A stretch of DNA of 64,000 nucleotides from Octopus vulgaris. Taxonomy: Eukaryota. Location of the stretch: the NCBI GenBank assembly GCA_951406725.2, contig OX597834.1, forward strand, positions 14,012,001 to 14,076,000. Direction: 5' to 3'. The position numbers and the translations under genes were made by a program. Shown piece after piece: positions 29,881 to 43,695 of the stretch (its first letter is position 1; each line of letters begins with the position of its first letter). A model generated the notes under the pieces. It ran no database searches. It was given only the letters and a program-made list of their open reading frames with translations, and was not told the DNA's origin.

Positions 29881-29984
29881 ATAGTAGAAGACACATGCTC
29901 ATGCGGTTGGGAAGCAAACTTCTGGCCATACAGACACACCTACGCCTATAAATCTATGTATCTATCTATTTCTCTCTCTCGCTA

Positions 29985-30063
<79 letters not shown>

Positions 30064-30089
30064 ATATACACGTTTCTATCTGTATATAC

Positions 30090-30157
<68 letters not shown>

Positions 30158-30211
30158 GTACAGGCACTCACACACCCGCATGTATATATATATATATATA
30201 TATGTATATAA

Positions 30212-30262
<51 letters not shown>

Positions 30263-30657
30263 CACGTATACGTATATATATATACAAGTATGCATGAATG
30301 TATATACATATATAGACGTTTAGATATAGATATATGCACCTATGTGCAAACACACGTGCAATATCACATACACACATACATACAAAAATTAGCTCGCACG
30401 CACACATATATAAACATAAATATATGTAAATACATGCATATGTATACCAGTGTGTGCACGCATTACTATTTCTCTGACTTTATGAAATCCAAATTTCATT
30501 TTCAAATTCGATTATAATCTTAGAGAAAAGAAATGTAATATATAAATGGGGTTAGAAGGATACAAACATATCCAAAGATTTTATCGCGCTGGAGATTAAT
30601 AACACGAAAGTATTAAACATATATAGTACTTGGAGGCGGATTTTGTTTTCTCTCTGG

Positions 30658-30702
<45 letters not shown>

Positions 30703-30720
30703 GATACATACATACGTATA

Positions 30721-30754
<34 letters not shown>

Positions 30755-30852
30755 CATAAATATATACATATATATATACATATATATACATACATATATA
30801 TATATATACATACATACAGATATATTTATTTATATACAGATACATACATACG

Positions 30853-30939
<87 letters not shown>

Positions 30940-31374
30940 CGTATGTATGTATCTGTATATATATATATTGTATACGCAAACTTAAGCTCATATGTAAGAG
31001 TTTTTAAAATAGGCCAACGTGATTAGCTCAAACAAACCTATTTGTGAAATGGAGGTTACTGTGAAAGTCATCCATTGTTGTTATCAGCTAAAGGTTGTTT
31101 CTGCCATAAATATATCGCTAGATTGCCATTCCTTGATGAAAACATAAAAGTTTGTACAACAGGAAGACACAAACAATTTTGGGTTGTGTCCAAGTTAAGA
31201 GAATTGTTTTGAAATATGACAGCATAAATTAAAATTACAACGATGCTGATGTTTGAATTAGTAGAATGCCATGAAAATGTAAAAACGGCTTATTGTCATT
31301 CGTTTGCTTTTTCATTTGGGTTGTTAATCCCGTAATTCATCGTCGAGTCATTCAAAATTAAAATTACAAATATA

Positions 31375-31603
31375 TATTTCTTTATTGCCCACATGGGGCT
31401 AAACACAGAGAGGACAAACAAGGACAGACAAACAGAGTAAGTCGATTACATCGACCCCAGTGCGAAGCTGGTGCTTTATTTATCGACCCCGAAAGGATGA
31501 AAGGCAAAGTCGACCTCGGCGGAATTTGAACTCAGAACGTAACGACCGACGAAATACTGCTAAGCATGTCGCCCGGCGCGCTAACATTTCTGCCAGCTCT
31601 CCG
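31375..31603 (-). mobile_element. SINE family B
   Basis: Matches 18713-18941. Confidence 0.9.
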
Positions 31604-31879
31604 CGTATTAAAATACCAAATATAGCCACACAAATAAATGGAAACGATTTCGAAATATTTGATGTGGCATCGTCTGAATTCTTTGAGGAATTATATCTTT
31701 ACCAGATTTAAAATTAGATCGAAATTATATATGTATATGTATGTATAGTATATATGCGTATGAGTGATTCTATGTATGTATATTTATGTAGGTGTAATTT
31801 AACATAGTCATAATGGTAGATTTAGAACACACATAAATAACTTTAACTATCCAGATTTTGAGACAATTTCCAATATCTG

Positions 31880-32280
31880 TAGACATTTTTGGCATCGAGA
31901 GTCAGACAAATGCCAGAACTGGGCGCCACTGCATAGTGCCAAGGACTCTAAATTTGCCATCAAGATGTAGGACAAGATACTGTGAAAGCCTGGGCTTCAG
32001 AGGTCCACAGCTCTTCGATATCCTCTCGAAGGACATGAGAGACCTGCATGAGATGGATGCAGATGTCTTTAAATTAAAACTGGATCTCTTCCTGTCAAGT
32101 GTCCCAGATGAACCAATTTCACGGTAGGAGGTGCAGATGAGAGCAGCTGCATCGAACTCTCTCATACACCAAATGACAATTGCTAAAAAGCATTCGTGAA
32201 GAAAAGTCATGTAGCAACACCGAATGGCGGTGCCCCAACATGGCCGCAGCTCGTGAGCTGAAACTAGATAAAATATAAAA
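31880..32280 (+). mobile_element. CR1/L2-group LINE 3' fragment
   Basis: RTGRHC...GPQLFDILSKDMRDL...FKLKLDLFLSSVPDEP, an ORF2 C-terminal motif, followed by a 3' UTR and tail. Confidence 0.85.
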
Positions 32281-32337
32281 TATATATTACTGAGATGATT
32301 TTTCCCGTTAATGAGGACATAATATATTATTTTATTT

Positions 32338-32625
32338 ATGCGCCCTTTTCAAGCCTAGCCAGGTTCATGGGTCCGGTTTCCCGGTTTCTGTGGCGATTAT
32401 GTTCTCCCCAGCTTCACGGGATACCAGTCCATCGCAGCGTTGCTCAAGAAACTGGAAGAGAGAAAGAGTGTGTAAGAGAAAGTTGGGGCGATAGAATACA
32501 ACAAGGGTCGCCTACCATCTCCTGGAGCCCCGTGGAGCTTTTGGGCTCAATAAACACGCACAACGCTTGGAATAGGAATCGAAACTGCGAGTCCGCTGCC
32601 CTAACCACTAGGCCATTGTGTCTCA
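32338..32625 (-). mobile_element. SINE family C variant with alternative tail
   Basis: Same head as 3601 (TGGTTAGGGCAGCGGACTCGC); tail ends GGCTAGGCTTGAAAAGGGCG. Confidence 0.82.
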
Positions 32626-33107
32626 CGGCCATAATATATACTGTTGAAATTTCATCTGTCATTCCTTAAAAAATAAACATATCTATTCCAGCATGGCCAC
32701 AATCAAATGACTGAAGCAAGTAAAAGAATAAGAGAATATATTTCAATAATATATTGTTAATTTAGTTTTCTTGAAAAAGAAAAAGCAAATAATAGAATTA
32801 TAATCTAAACCGTTCTCATGAGTTATTGCTAAACGAGCTACCGACCCCAAAAAATTTATTGTTGTTTCTGTTAATCTTACAGAACCGGAAGCTGGTAATG
32901 AATATTAATTTATTTTGTTCGACGAATTTGTCCTACACATTTATAAAATAAAATAAAATAGCAGTTCGGCAGGGAAAACTGACATAATAAATGCCAGGCC
33001 AAAAACCAATACGTGCACCATTAACGGCCGTATTTCATCAATGCTGTAGCTGGCCGATTGAAAGAATTGAAAAATGAAATATAGTAATATCACTAGATAT
33101 TACTATA

Positions 33108-33278
33108 GGCGCAGGAGTAGCTGTGTGGTAAGTAGCTTGCTAACCAACCACATGGTTGCGGGTTCAGTCCCACTGCGTGGCATCTTGGGCAAGTGTCTTC
33201 TGCTATAGCCCCGGGCCGACCAATGCCTTGTGAGTGGATTTGGTAGACGGAAACTGAAAGAAGCCTGTCGTATATATG

Positions 33279-33310
<32 letters not shown>

Positions 33311-33500
33311 ATTGTGTGTCTGTGTTTGTCCCCTAGCATTTACGTCCCCGTCACTTAGCGGTTCGGCAAAAGAGACCGATAGAATAAGTACTGGGCTTAC
33401 AAAGAATAAATCCTGAGGTCGATTTGCTCGACTAAAGGCGGTGCTCCAGCATGGCCGCAGTCAAATGACTGAAACAAGTAAAAGAGTAAAGAGAGTAAAG
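33108..33500 (+). mobile_element. SINE family A
   Basis: GGCGCAGGAGTAGCTGTGTGG head to (GAGTAAA)n tail. Confidence 0.93.
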
Positions 33501-34055
33501 ATAATGACCTGACAGGTATTAGAGAAGGCACGAGGCTCCATAGGGCGCTTTTCGACGCCATTTTACTGATATTTTATACTTTTCAGCATCGGGGTTCATA
33601 AAATGTAAGGTTGTCCTCAGCAGAGTTTAAAATTAGAACGTAAAAACAAAAACAAATTCCGCATCGTTATATTGTCGGCAATCTTACTAATTTCCCAATC
33701 CGTGGCAACGGCAGGACAAGTGTTATTGATCTCACACCTATAATGATCTGGATGGTGTTGGTAAACTTCCATATATATTGTGATTATAATTTTATTAAGC
33801 TTTTAACATTTCATTATGCTTATCAAAATAATGAAATAAATTCTAGTTTATCAAAATTAAATTATATTACTGAAATAAATTCAATTAAATTGATTTTTTA
33901 TTTGTATATTTGCGATAATCATATATTATCAATAACAATAAGTCCGTTTAGGTAGCAATTAAGTATATATATAACTTCTTTATATATTCCATACAATGTA
34001 GAGCATTCATAGCTCACATACTCATTCACATATATATATATATATATTCCACATA

Positions 34056-34196
34056 GGCGCAGGAGTGGCTGTGTGGTAAGTAGCTTGCTTCCCAACCACA
34101 TGGTTCAGGGTTCAGTCCCACTGCGTGGCATCTTGGGCAAGTCTCTTCTGCTATAGCCTCAGGCCGACCAATGCATTGTGAGTGGATTTGGTAGAC

Positions 34197-34290
<94 letters not shown>

Positions 34291-34513
34291 ATATGTTTGT
34301 GTGTCTGTGTTTGTGCCCCTAGCATTGCTTGACAACCGATGCTGGTGTGTTTACGTCTCCGTCACATTAGCGGTTCGGCAAAAAAGACCGATAGAATAAG
34401 TACTGGGCTTACAAATAATAAGTCTCGGGGTCGATTTGCTCGACTAAAGGTGGTGCTCCAGGTTGGCCGCAGTCAAATGACTGAAACAAGTAAAAGAGTA
34501 AAAGAGTAAAGAG
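34056..34513 (+). mobile_element. SINE family A
   Basis: Full length with internal (TA)n. Confidence 0.93.
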
Positions 34514-34591
34514 ATTCCATTATATATAAAGGAAACAGGAACTTTTCCAGAACTTTACTTTGCGCGCTGAAAGTTTGTTGGAACTCACATT

Positions 34592-34814
34592 ACTCTTTTA
34601 CTCTTTTACTTGTTTCAGTCATTTGACTGTGGCCATACGGGAATACCACCTTTAGTCGAGCAAATAGACCCCAGGACTTATTCTTTGTAAGCGTAGTACT
34701 TATTCTATCCGTCTCTTTTGCCGAACCGCTAAGTTATGGGTGCGTAAACACACCAACATCGATTGTCAAGCAATGGTGGGGGAGGACCAACACAAACACA
34801 CTCACACAGACACT

Positions 34815-34846
<32 letters not shown>

Positions 34847-35008
34847 ACGGGCTTCTTTCAGTTTCCGTCTACCAAATCCACTCACAAGGCTTTGGTCGGC
34901 CTGAGGCTATAGTAGAAGACACTTGCCCAAGGTGCCACGCAGTAGGACTGAACCCGGAACCATGTGGTTGGTAAGAAGCTACTAACCACACGACCACTCC
35001 TATGCCTA
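34592..35008 (-). mobile_element. SINE family A, inverted relative to the 34056 copy
   Basis: Reverse-complement match. Confidence 0.93.
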
Positions 35009-35884
35009 TTGAGTTTATTTTTTTTTAATCATCGATAAGATGACTACCAACAAATTTGTGAATTTTTGTATATCGAATATGATCATTTCTAAAAGTATAA
35101 CACATGTCTTTGCTAGAAATAATTACTTGCCTTTTTAGATCTAACTGTGACTTAAATTTTCTTTGGCACTTTTGCAGATTTTGTAATTAAAAAGTAAGCT
35201 GATTTCGCATATTTTCAAGCGTTGTTAATTCCATGCTTAGAATACATATTTTTCTCAAGGGATTTAACGTGTTACGTGGATGTATATATGTGCATTTGCA
35301 TGTTATTTGCTGACGAGATTTGCAATATAAGCTTATATTATGACTATTCAGCTAACGAATAATTTATAAAGTTGTGTATGTAAGAGAATATTAATGTGTT
35401 TGTGTAGATTTACGCATTGAATATGAGATCTTGGAACGGTTTATATGTATCCATAACCATTGTGTTACGTTTAATATCATTTTTTCAGTATCGCCGGTAT
35501 TGTTTTTCCAACTCTTAATGCATTCATGCCTGGCGGATATATGTTTAACGAAATGAAGAAACATTTCCTCAACTGATCGATTAATATCTTCATTGTGTTA
35601 CCAGGATTTATTTAGTATTAGAACTGACACACATAAAAAAATATACATGTCAGACAGCTTGTCAACTTTGAAGAAATAACTATAATATACCTGCCGAAGT
35701 GAATTATATATATATATAAAAAAAGAAACGGAACGATATTTAGACATATACAGCTCAAAAGAAAAATCAGTCTATTTGCTTTATTACAAAATCAGCAAAA
35801 GTAACGAAGAAAACGGTGATTACTGGTATAATAGTTATTATCTTTCATGTCTATTGTTTTACTTATTTCAGTCTATTCGCAGCA

Positions 35885-35947
<63 letters not shown>

Positions 35948-36034
35948 ATGTGTGTGAGTGAGTGTGTGTGTGTGTGCGTGTGTGTGTGCGTGATTGTATG
36001 TGTGAGTATGTATATATATATATATATATATATC

Positions 36035-36297
36035 AAAATAAGCAACAAGAATAACTTCAGAAATTTGGTACGATCGTTTTAAAACTGTTGAGTGCTCAGT
36101 ATTTTAAAACTGTTGTAATACTTACAACGTTTAATAAAATGATGTAGTGCGAAACGATCGTACCAAATTACCGAAGTGATTCTTGTTACTTATTTTTATT
36201 ATAATTACCCCATGGATTTATATGGATAACACCATACAAAATTCTGGTGCATCTAACTTAAGTACCATATTCATTTGAATCTAAATTTTGCTGAACT

Positions 36298-36298
<1 letters not shown>
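36035..36298 (+). mobile_element. PLE-like fold-back relic between (TA)n arrays
   Basis: Inverted arms at about 36035-36079 and 36151-36196; right arm begins GAAACGATCGTA (HHR 3' half) and extends about 100 bp. Confidence 0.6.
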
Positions 36299-36339
<41 letters not shown>

Positions 36340-36928
36340 CTTACGACAGTATCAAGTCTGCGCAAACAAATACCATAATAATACTCGCTCATTTATTTAT
36401 TGATAAACCATTAAAATCTATAAAGGTTGCTCTAGTAATATACCATTGTATAATAATAAATTTGCAGTCAATCGCATGTTTATAACTATTATAGAAAAAT
36501 AAAAATTGAGATGACAAGAAAAATTTAATATAGAATCTTTGTGGATTGTTCAATCTTGCAACTGAGGCAAATTTTCTAAATTTGCTTCACTGACGTTAGA
36601 AGATAAATGCCTATATGTAGACTACATTTTACGTCAAAGTTGGAAGACTCCCTCGAGCGAGTTGAAGTGATGAAATTTTAATCAATATTATACAGAATTC
36701 GACGTTGTTCCCACGCATGAAGCTCTTTGAATGAATATCTGATGTGGATAGCAAGAAGTTCCTACAGATGGTAGGATAAGTTCAACAAGAGAAGTGAAAA
36801 GACAAAACGTCTTCCTCTCTCTCCCTCTCTCTCTCTCTATATATATATATATATGTATATATATATAGAGAGAGAGAGGGAGAGAGAAAGAGAAAGAGAA
36901 AGAGAAAGAGAGAAACAGAGACAGAGAG

Positions 36929-37252
<324 letters not shown>

Positions 37253-37257
37253 CATAT

Positions 37258-37306
<49 letters not shown>

Positions 37307-38906
37307 AATCTATGCATACATTTATTAGGTGAAAGGTATATTAAAATGTATATGCGTTCATGATACTATACATAAGTGTAAACTGATTCCCAGTTCTAAG
37401 CAACTAAAAACCCAGGCGTGTGGAAACATATTCAATAAAATTAGAAAGAAATATTTTAAACGAAACATATCCTATAAAAGTCGTTCAATGCTGAAGTTAG
37501 TGTATACAGATCTCATAAATCCAGACGTAGTCCCGTAAATACAGTAGCAGTCAGAATACACACAAACAAAACACTTCAAAGTTTCCCTAAAATTGGGTTT
37601 TTACGTCCAATTTTACACCTATTTACACATAAAACACCATTTATACAGTTAAGGCAAAATTTGCTAGCGATCTCAAGTATAATTCTGATTTATAATGCTG
37701 AATAGATACGAGCTTCAAGGTGTAAAGTCGTTATTCGATGGAAAACGATAAATTAAGGGCATTGCTGTTTTTGTACTACTTGTGTTGGTTGAGGAGACGA
37801 CATTACGACTGTTTTAAATGTTCTTCGTAGTAGTCTTGTGCCATTGGAATGATAACGATCAACGAAAGGTATATTTACAGGGAGAATTTGCTGACACTCT
37901 GTCGGACACAGGTGGGAATTATTACTCTGGTTAATGCAAAATTTGACGAAATGCAATGATGCCCATTCAAGAATCCCCTACATTTTTTTTTTCTTTCTCG
38001 ATGAAATTTCGGAAACATAATATAATTCCTTCTATTCTTATTGCAAAAAAAGCATAGATATTTTAGATTCTACTCCGTATGAATGACTTCATGCTGCGCG
38101 AGCCAGAAAACATTCACTCGGTATTGTAACCCGATACGTATATTTTGGTTTAAATTTCCATTCTGACACATCTTATATTTCTACTCTTTCGTATTTTATT
38201 CTATAGATTAACGTAAAGAAGTTTATCTTATTTCCGCTTCAACTGGCTTAAGTTTACGGGGCACTTTAACAGAGATTTCGGAAAGAAAGTTTATATTTTG
38301 CCCTGGGGAAAACTTAGCATTAGCTTTAATAGTTTGAATGACGCATATACCACAGGTGGTTTAAGCCCTATAAGAGATACCATTCTTTTAATGTTGTTTC
38401 ATTGTTATGTGCTTTTCTTAATTTATTATTCTATGTACATTTTCGGAAGTAGCTTCACTTATTCCGCCTATTATATCGCCGTTCATTCACCACAACCGAA
38501 TATAAGAGACCTGTTTTCTAAGCTATCATTTGCATCACTGTTCACTGCATTGTAATTTGCCCCCTATCCACCATTAATTTCGAGCATTATCTAACAGCAT
38601 TACTATTTAAATCCATTCTAATATTACACTTTCATTAAACCTCCGGCTGTTTGACTCTAAATCCATAATCTTATCAGAGAACAAGTATAAATTATAAATA
38701 AATCAATACATATATATATAATAATAATATTAGGGAGGATAACTCCAAACTTACAGGGAACAATTCAATTTAGTATTTAATCAAATTTCACAATATAAAT
38801 ATATAAAATATAAATTAGAGATAAAACCACTATTATGCAACTCAAACAGTGATAGACATAAAAGAATACATAAATAACAAATAATAAATATAATTAATAT
38901 AATATA

Positions 38907-38961
<55 letters not shown>

Positions 38962-38980
38962 TCGATAGCTTGATATGAAG

Positions 38981-39011
<31 letters not shown>

Positions 39012-39250
39012 TCGATATCTTGAGATGAACGTTAGAGGTTGTAAAATAAAGAGAGGAAACGAAAAACACAGAGATGGATATATGGATATCATCGTACTAA
39101 AGACGACTGTTAGAAGACATGTTAAGGGATTCCTTCCCAAGGAACTTCTAACCTTGATCGAACTGCGAAACATGTAGTCGCTAAGCAATCTTCTGACACA
39201 GAAAGTACATAACCTTCCATCTATAAATATCATACATTTTATATACATAT

Positions 39251-39320
<70 letters not shown>

Positions 39321-39736
39321 CACAGATGAATGCGTAAATATAAATACCCGCATGACTGAACATGATTTGGTTGGAAAGAGCAGAAATAGTAAATGTCAAT
39401 TATCGGTACACTGTTTAAATGAACTCTTGAGGTAAAGCAACCTGGTCTAATAGATTAAGGTTTAATGCAGTTTTAGAGTTGAAAACGGTTCGTCTGTTTT
39501 CAGTAGATTTAGGTTAATTTCAGACAGTCTAGCCTTTGAACTCCAATATCAATACACGTATGAATGATTTCTCCTAGGCCATTCATTCTTCTAGGAAAAA
39601 ATATTATATTAACTAACTTGTGAAATTACTTAATATATTTCGCACAAAGACACACGCGTCACATGTGTGCTCGTAGGTGTTTGTGAGAGTGAAGCGTGAA
39701 GCTGCATATATAAAAACATACACACATCTATCTATC

Positions 39737-39774
<38 letters not shown>

Positions 39775-39781
39775 AACACAC

Positions 39782-39829
<48 letters not shown>

Positions 39830-39837
39830 AAACACAC

Positions 39838-39904
<67 letters not shown>

Positions 39905-40158
39905 CTTGCAGAATCACCTATAGATCAGTATTTAATCAATTATTTATTTACGTACACACAGACGTCAATTCATGAAACTCAATTCAATTGATACAAAAAT
40001 CTATTATATTCGATCTAATTTGTGTATGAATGTCTTTCTCCGGTCGTTTCGCTTCACTCTATTTTCTTACTTACAATGCTAAATCTAATTCCACAACAAT
40101 GTATGCTACATAAGTACATCCTTTATGGACTCGTGCCAGCAACTATACTGACACACAG

Positions 40159-40259
<101 letters not shown>

Positions 40260-40467
40260 CATGTAAATATATGTTTATATATATATATGTATATATATAT
40301 ATATACACATACATATAAATCTATATATATACATACATATAAATATATATATGTATATACATACATATACATATATATATATATCCATACATATAAATAT
40401 ATATACATAGATAGATATATGCATACATATATATATATATATACATCTAAATATATATATATACATC

Positions 40468-40507
<40 letters not shown>

Positions 40508-40524
40508 CATATATATATATGTAT

Positions 40525-40559
<35 letters not shown>

Positions 40560-41173
40560 TATTGAATACAATGCGATTCCGTGATATGTAACTATATGGT
40601 TGTTCTGGACGAGTTTTTATTTTTCTGTTTAACAAGGTAATATTTAAATTAGATAGCTCCTTCAATGTTCGTTTTATACAGGAAACAATTATAAAGAATA
40701 ATCTTCAAAATGTCATTTCTAAGTAACTTGTAGTTTTTATTTATCTATTTATTTCTAATGTAAATATGAACTCTTACTCTGTATTCGTCGGGAAGCGTTA
40801 TTTTATTTACCTCTAAGCTAAAATGAATAGCTATAATGTAAATAATCGGTAAACTACACTTCAAAGCTTTTCAATAGCTGAAGAAGTTAGAAGTTCCTTT
40901 TTGGCAAATGTTTTCATTTGAACTAAAAATACCATTTACTTATTCTTACCAATAAAATAACTATATTGATTTTAAAGAATTGGTTATCAATATACCTAAC
41001 ATTTCTTTGGGCAGCAGACATCTTTAACTCTCAAAAATCTCATTTTTTTGTTTGTATTATTATTCCTGTGAAATAGTATGTAGTTTTTATATGTTACAAG
41101 ACTTAAAATTAAAATGTCTTGTAATGAAACAATATTTGCTGGTAAGAGGCATATGTTAATCCAGAGCTTCAAT

Positions 41174-41617
41174 GGATCTTTTCGGTTTGAATGGCAGTTT
41201 TTTTCTAGCGGTGTCATATGAAATTGTCACCCATAACTATGACCCTAGTATCGATCTATTGGATTTCAATCTGTTTTAGGGTTAGGGTTAGTTGGGGTTA
41301 GTTAGGGTTAGGGTTAGAGGTGGGAGGAAGGGTATCTTTTTTCCTTCACAAATGTAAATAAACCCAATCTGTTTCTTAAACGAGAGACATATTCATACGG
41401 CACAGAAAGTTTTCACCTCAATAAGCGATCATTGATTGGTTGAAATTGCTGAAATGCAAGAAATTAAGGACCAAATGTCTTACAAACTGTAGACTTTTCT
41501 CAATAAAGCCAAGAGAAAAAGGTGTTTTATAAACACATTCTACCAGTATACGAAGTTTAAAATTTTTTAGTTACCTAGAAATTATGTTAAAAACTGCCGC
41601 TCAAACCGAAAAGATCC
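41174..41617. mobile_element. MITE, probably Merlin superfamily, 444 bp, with internal TTAGGG-like repeats
   Basis: TIRs GGATCTTTTCGGTTTGA...TCAAACCGAAAAGATCC; 8-bp TSD GCTTCAAT/GCTTCATT; GG termini. Confidence 0.8.
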
Positions 41618-42799
41618 GCTTCATTATTTGATAAAGTGCAAATGTTATTTCTAATACAAAACGAAGCATTAGACAGGGCGAATCGATATTGGAACTATGA
41701 AAGTGAAGAGAGAATAATCATGGAAGATATATGAAAGACACCTAAGAGGTTTTTTTAAATTTTTTTATCTCCACTTCTATCTCTGTTCCCCTCTTTACTC
41801 CACTGCTGAAAGAGAAAAATCGTCTTTAATTTCAATTTTTTAATTAACTTTAGGTTAACTAATTTGCAAATCTGGAGTTATGTCGTACTGAAGAGTTCAG
41901 AACGATGGCGAAATGGTACTATCCACTTTCAGCGGAGAGTTTAATAAAAAAACAGAAACTGTAATACTATACGTTCTTTTTACTCATTCATAATGATTTC
42001 TCAACATAAGAAGAAATAAGAAACTGAGCGGCGATTTATCCCAATAAGCCACATTCTTTCCTCTTTCTCTTTCTCTCTCTCTCTCTCTTTCTACTCATAA
42101 GTAGCAGTTCCCAGTGAGCCAACCAAGTATATAGTATAAGATATTTACAAAATATCTATGCGATATTTATATCACAGATACTCAAACGATACGAGGCAAA
42201 CTTTGATCTCAACTACGATTTGTAGTCAGACGGTAACGTGACGGAAATTAATAGCAAACTGCGCTTTCCCATTACTGAATACACATGTCTAAGCCACCAC
42301 CTTTTATTTGGTAGTAAAAATACAAAATTCATACATATATGTTGAGTGTAGTAATATTTGCAATATAACCTGGACTGTAGCAAATGACACAGAAATACAT
42401 ATCTAGCAATTTCATTTTATTTCCGGTAATGTACAGTATCCAGCATGAAACCCGTAATATATCATCGTGGCTGTGGTTGTAATTGAAACACACAAATTAA
42501 TTTTTAAAAGCAAGAACGATGTCATATTTATCTCGGAATCTATTGAACATCATTCTTTTCAGTAACGTTATTTATCTGATGGCTATATAGCAAGCATCTA
42601 ATAATATATTTATTAAACTTTTCATTTCCGATATTGAATGTTTTAACACATATAGTCTTAATATCTAATGAAAATCTGTCTATAGCTGAAATTTCGCTTA
42701 AATTCACTTTAACGTCGCTAGCAAGTAAAGCTAAAATTGTGGATTGTGTGTTTTGATATTACAGTTTCCACAAACTAAAAATATATAGGCAGCATTAAA

Positions 42800-43364
42800 C
42801 TCTCTATTACTTGTTTCAGTTATTTGACTGCAGCCATGCTGGATCACTGCATTTTAGTCGAGCAAATCGACCCTAGGACTTATTCTTTGTAAGCCTAATA
42901 CTTATTCTATCGGTATCTTTTGCACACCAGCATCGGTTGTCGAGTGATGTTGGGGGAACAAACACACACGTACATATATCTACATATACATATATATGAC
43001 GGTCTACTTTTAGTTTCCGTCTACCAAATCCACTCGCAAGGCTTTGGTCGGCCCGAGGCTTTAGTCGAGCAAATCGATCCTAGGACTTATTTTTGTGAGC
43101 CTAATACTTATTCTATCGGTATGTTTTGCACACCAGCATCGGTTGTCGAGTGATGTAGGGGGAACAAACACACACATACATATATCTACATATACAGATA
43201 TACAGCGGGCTACTTTCAGTTTCCGTCTACCAAATCCACTGGCAAGGCTTTGGTCGGCCCGAAGCTATAGTAGAAGACACTTGTCCAAGGTGCCATGCAG
43301 TGGGACTGATCCCGGAACCATGTGATTTGCAAGCAAGTTACTAACCGCAAAATCATTCCTGCGC
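42800..43364 (-). mobile_element. SINE family A with an internal tandem duplication of about 208 bp
   Basis: Units start TTTAGTCGAGCAAATCGA at about 42852 and 43060. Confidence 0.88.
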
Positions 43365-43682
43365 ACATATGTACATGCCTAAATACGTTTTTTGTAAATA
43401 TGAAAGTGTAAATGTGTCTGTTCATGGCTGCCTGTCTTTTTGCAAAGGGAATGAAGGAATTTGTTGATGCATATCAATACGAAACATAAATTTCATGAAA
43501 GGTGATGAAATATATACCTTATACATATAAGAAATTTTGCATGCAGGTCTCGTGGGTTTTTTTGGGGTTTTTTTTTTTGTCGTATATCCAAGTACATAAT
43601 ATAAATCCTGCTTATCTCATTTCCGAGACAATGGGTAATGAAAGAAACATCCTTTTACACCATTTCTCGCGCTGCTGTTGTT

Positions 43683-43695
43683 GTTGCTAAGCAAC
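43683..43695. promoter_or_regulatory. RFX X-box-like palindrome GTTGCTAAGCAAC
   Basis: Perfect 8-bp arms TTGTTGCT-A-AGCAACAA in locally GC-richer, apparently unique DNA; motif match only. Confidence 0.3.

Noticed and set aside
37880-37910. Possible 31-nt micro-exon (tttacag...gtggga)
   Set aside because: Splice-like signals of this strength occur by chance; no supporting exons
39090-39180. HHR-like GAAACATGTA with upstream CTAAAGA
   Set aside because: Core and helix I cannot be made consistent; at best a degenerate relic
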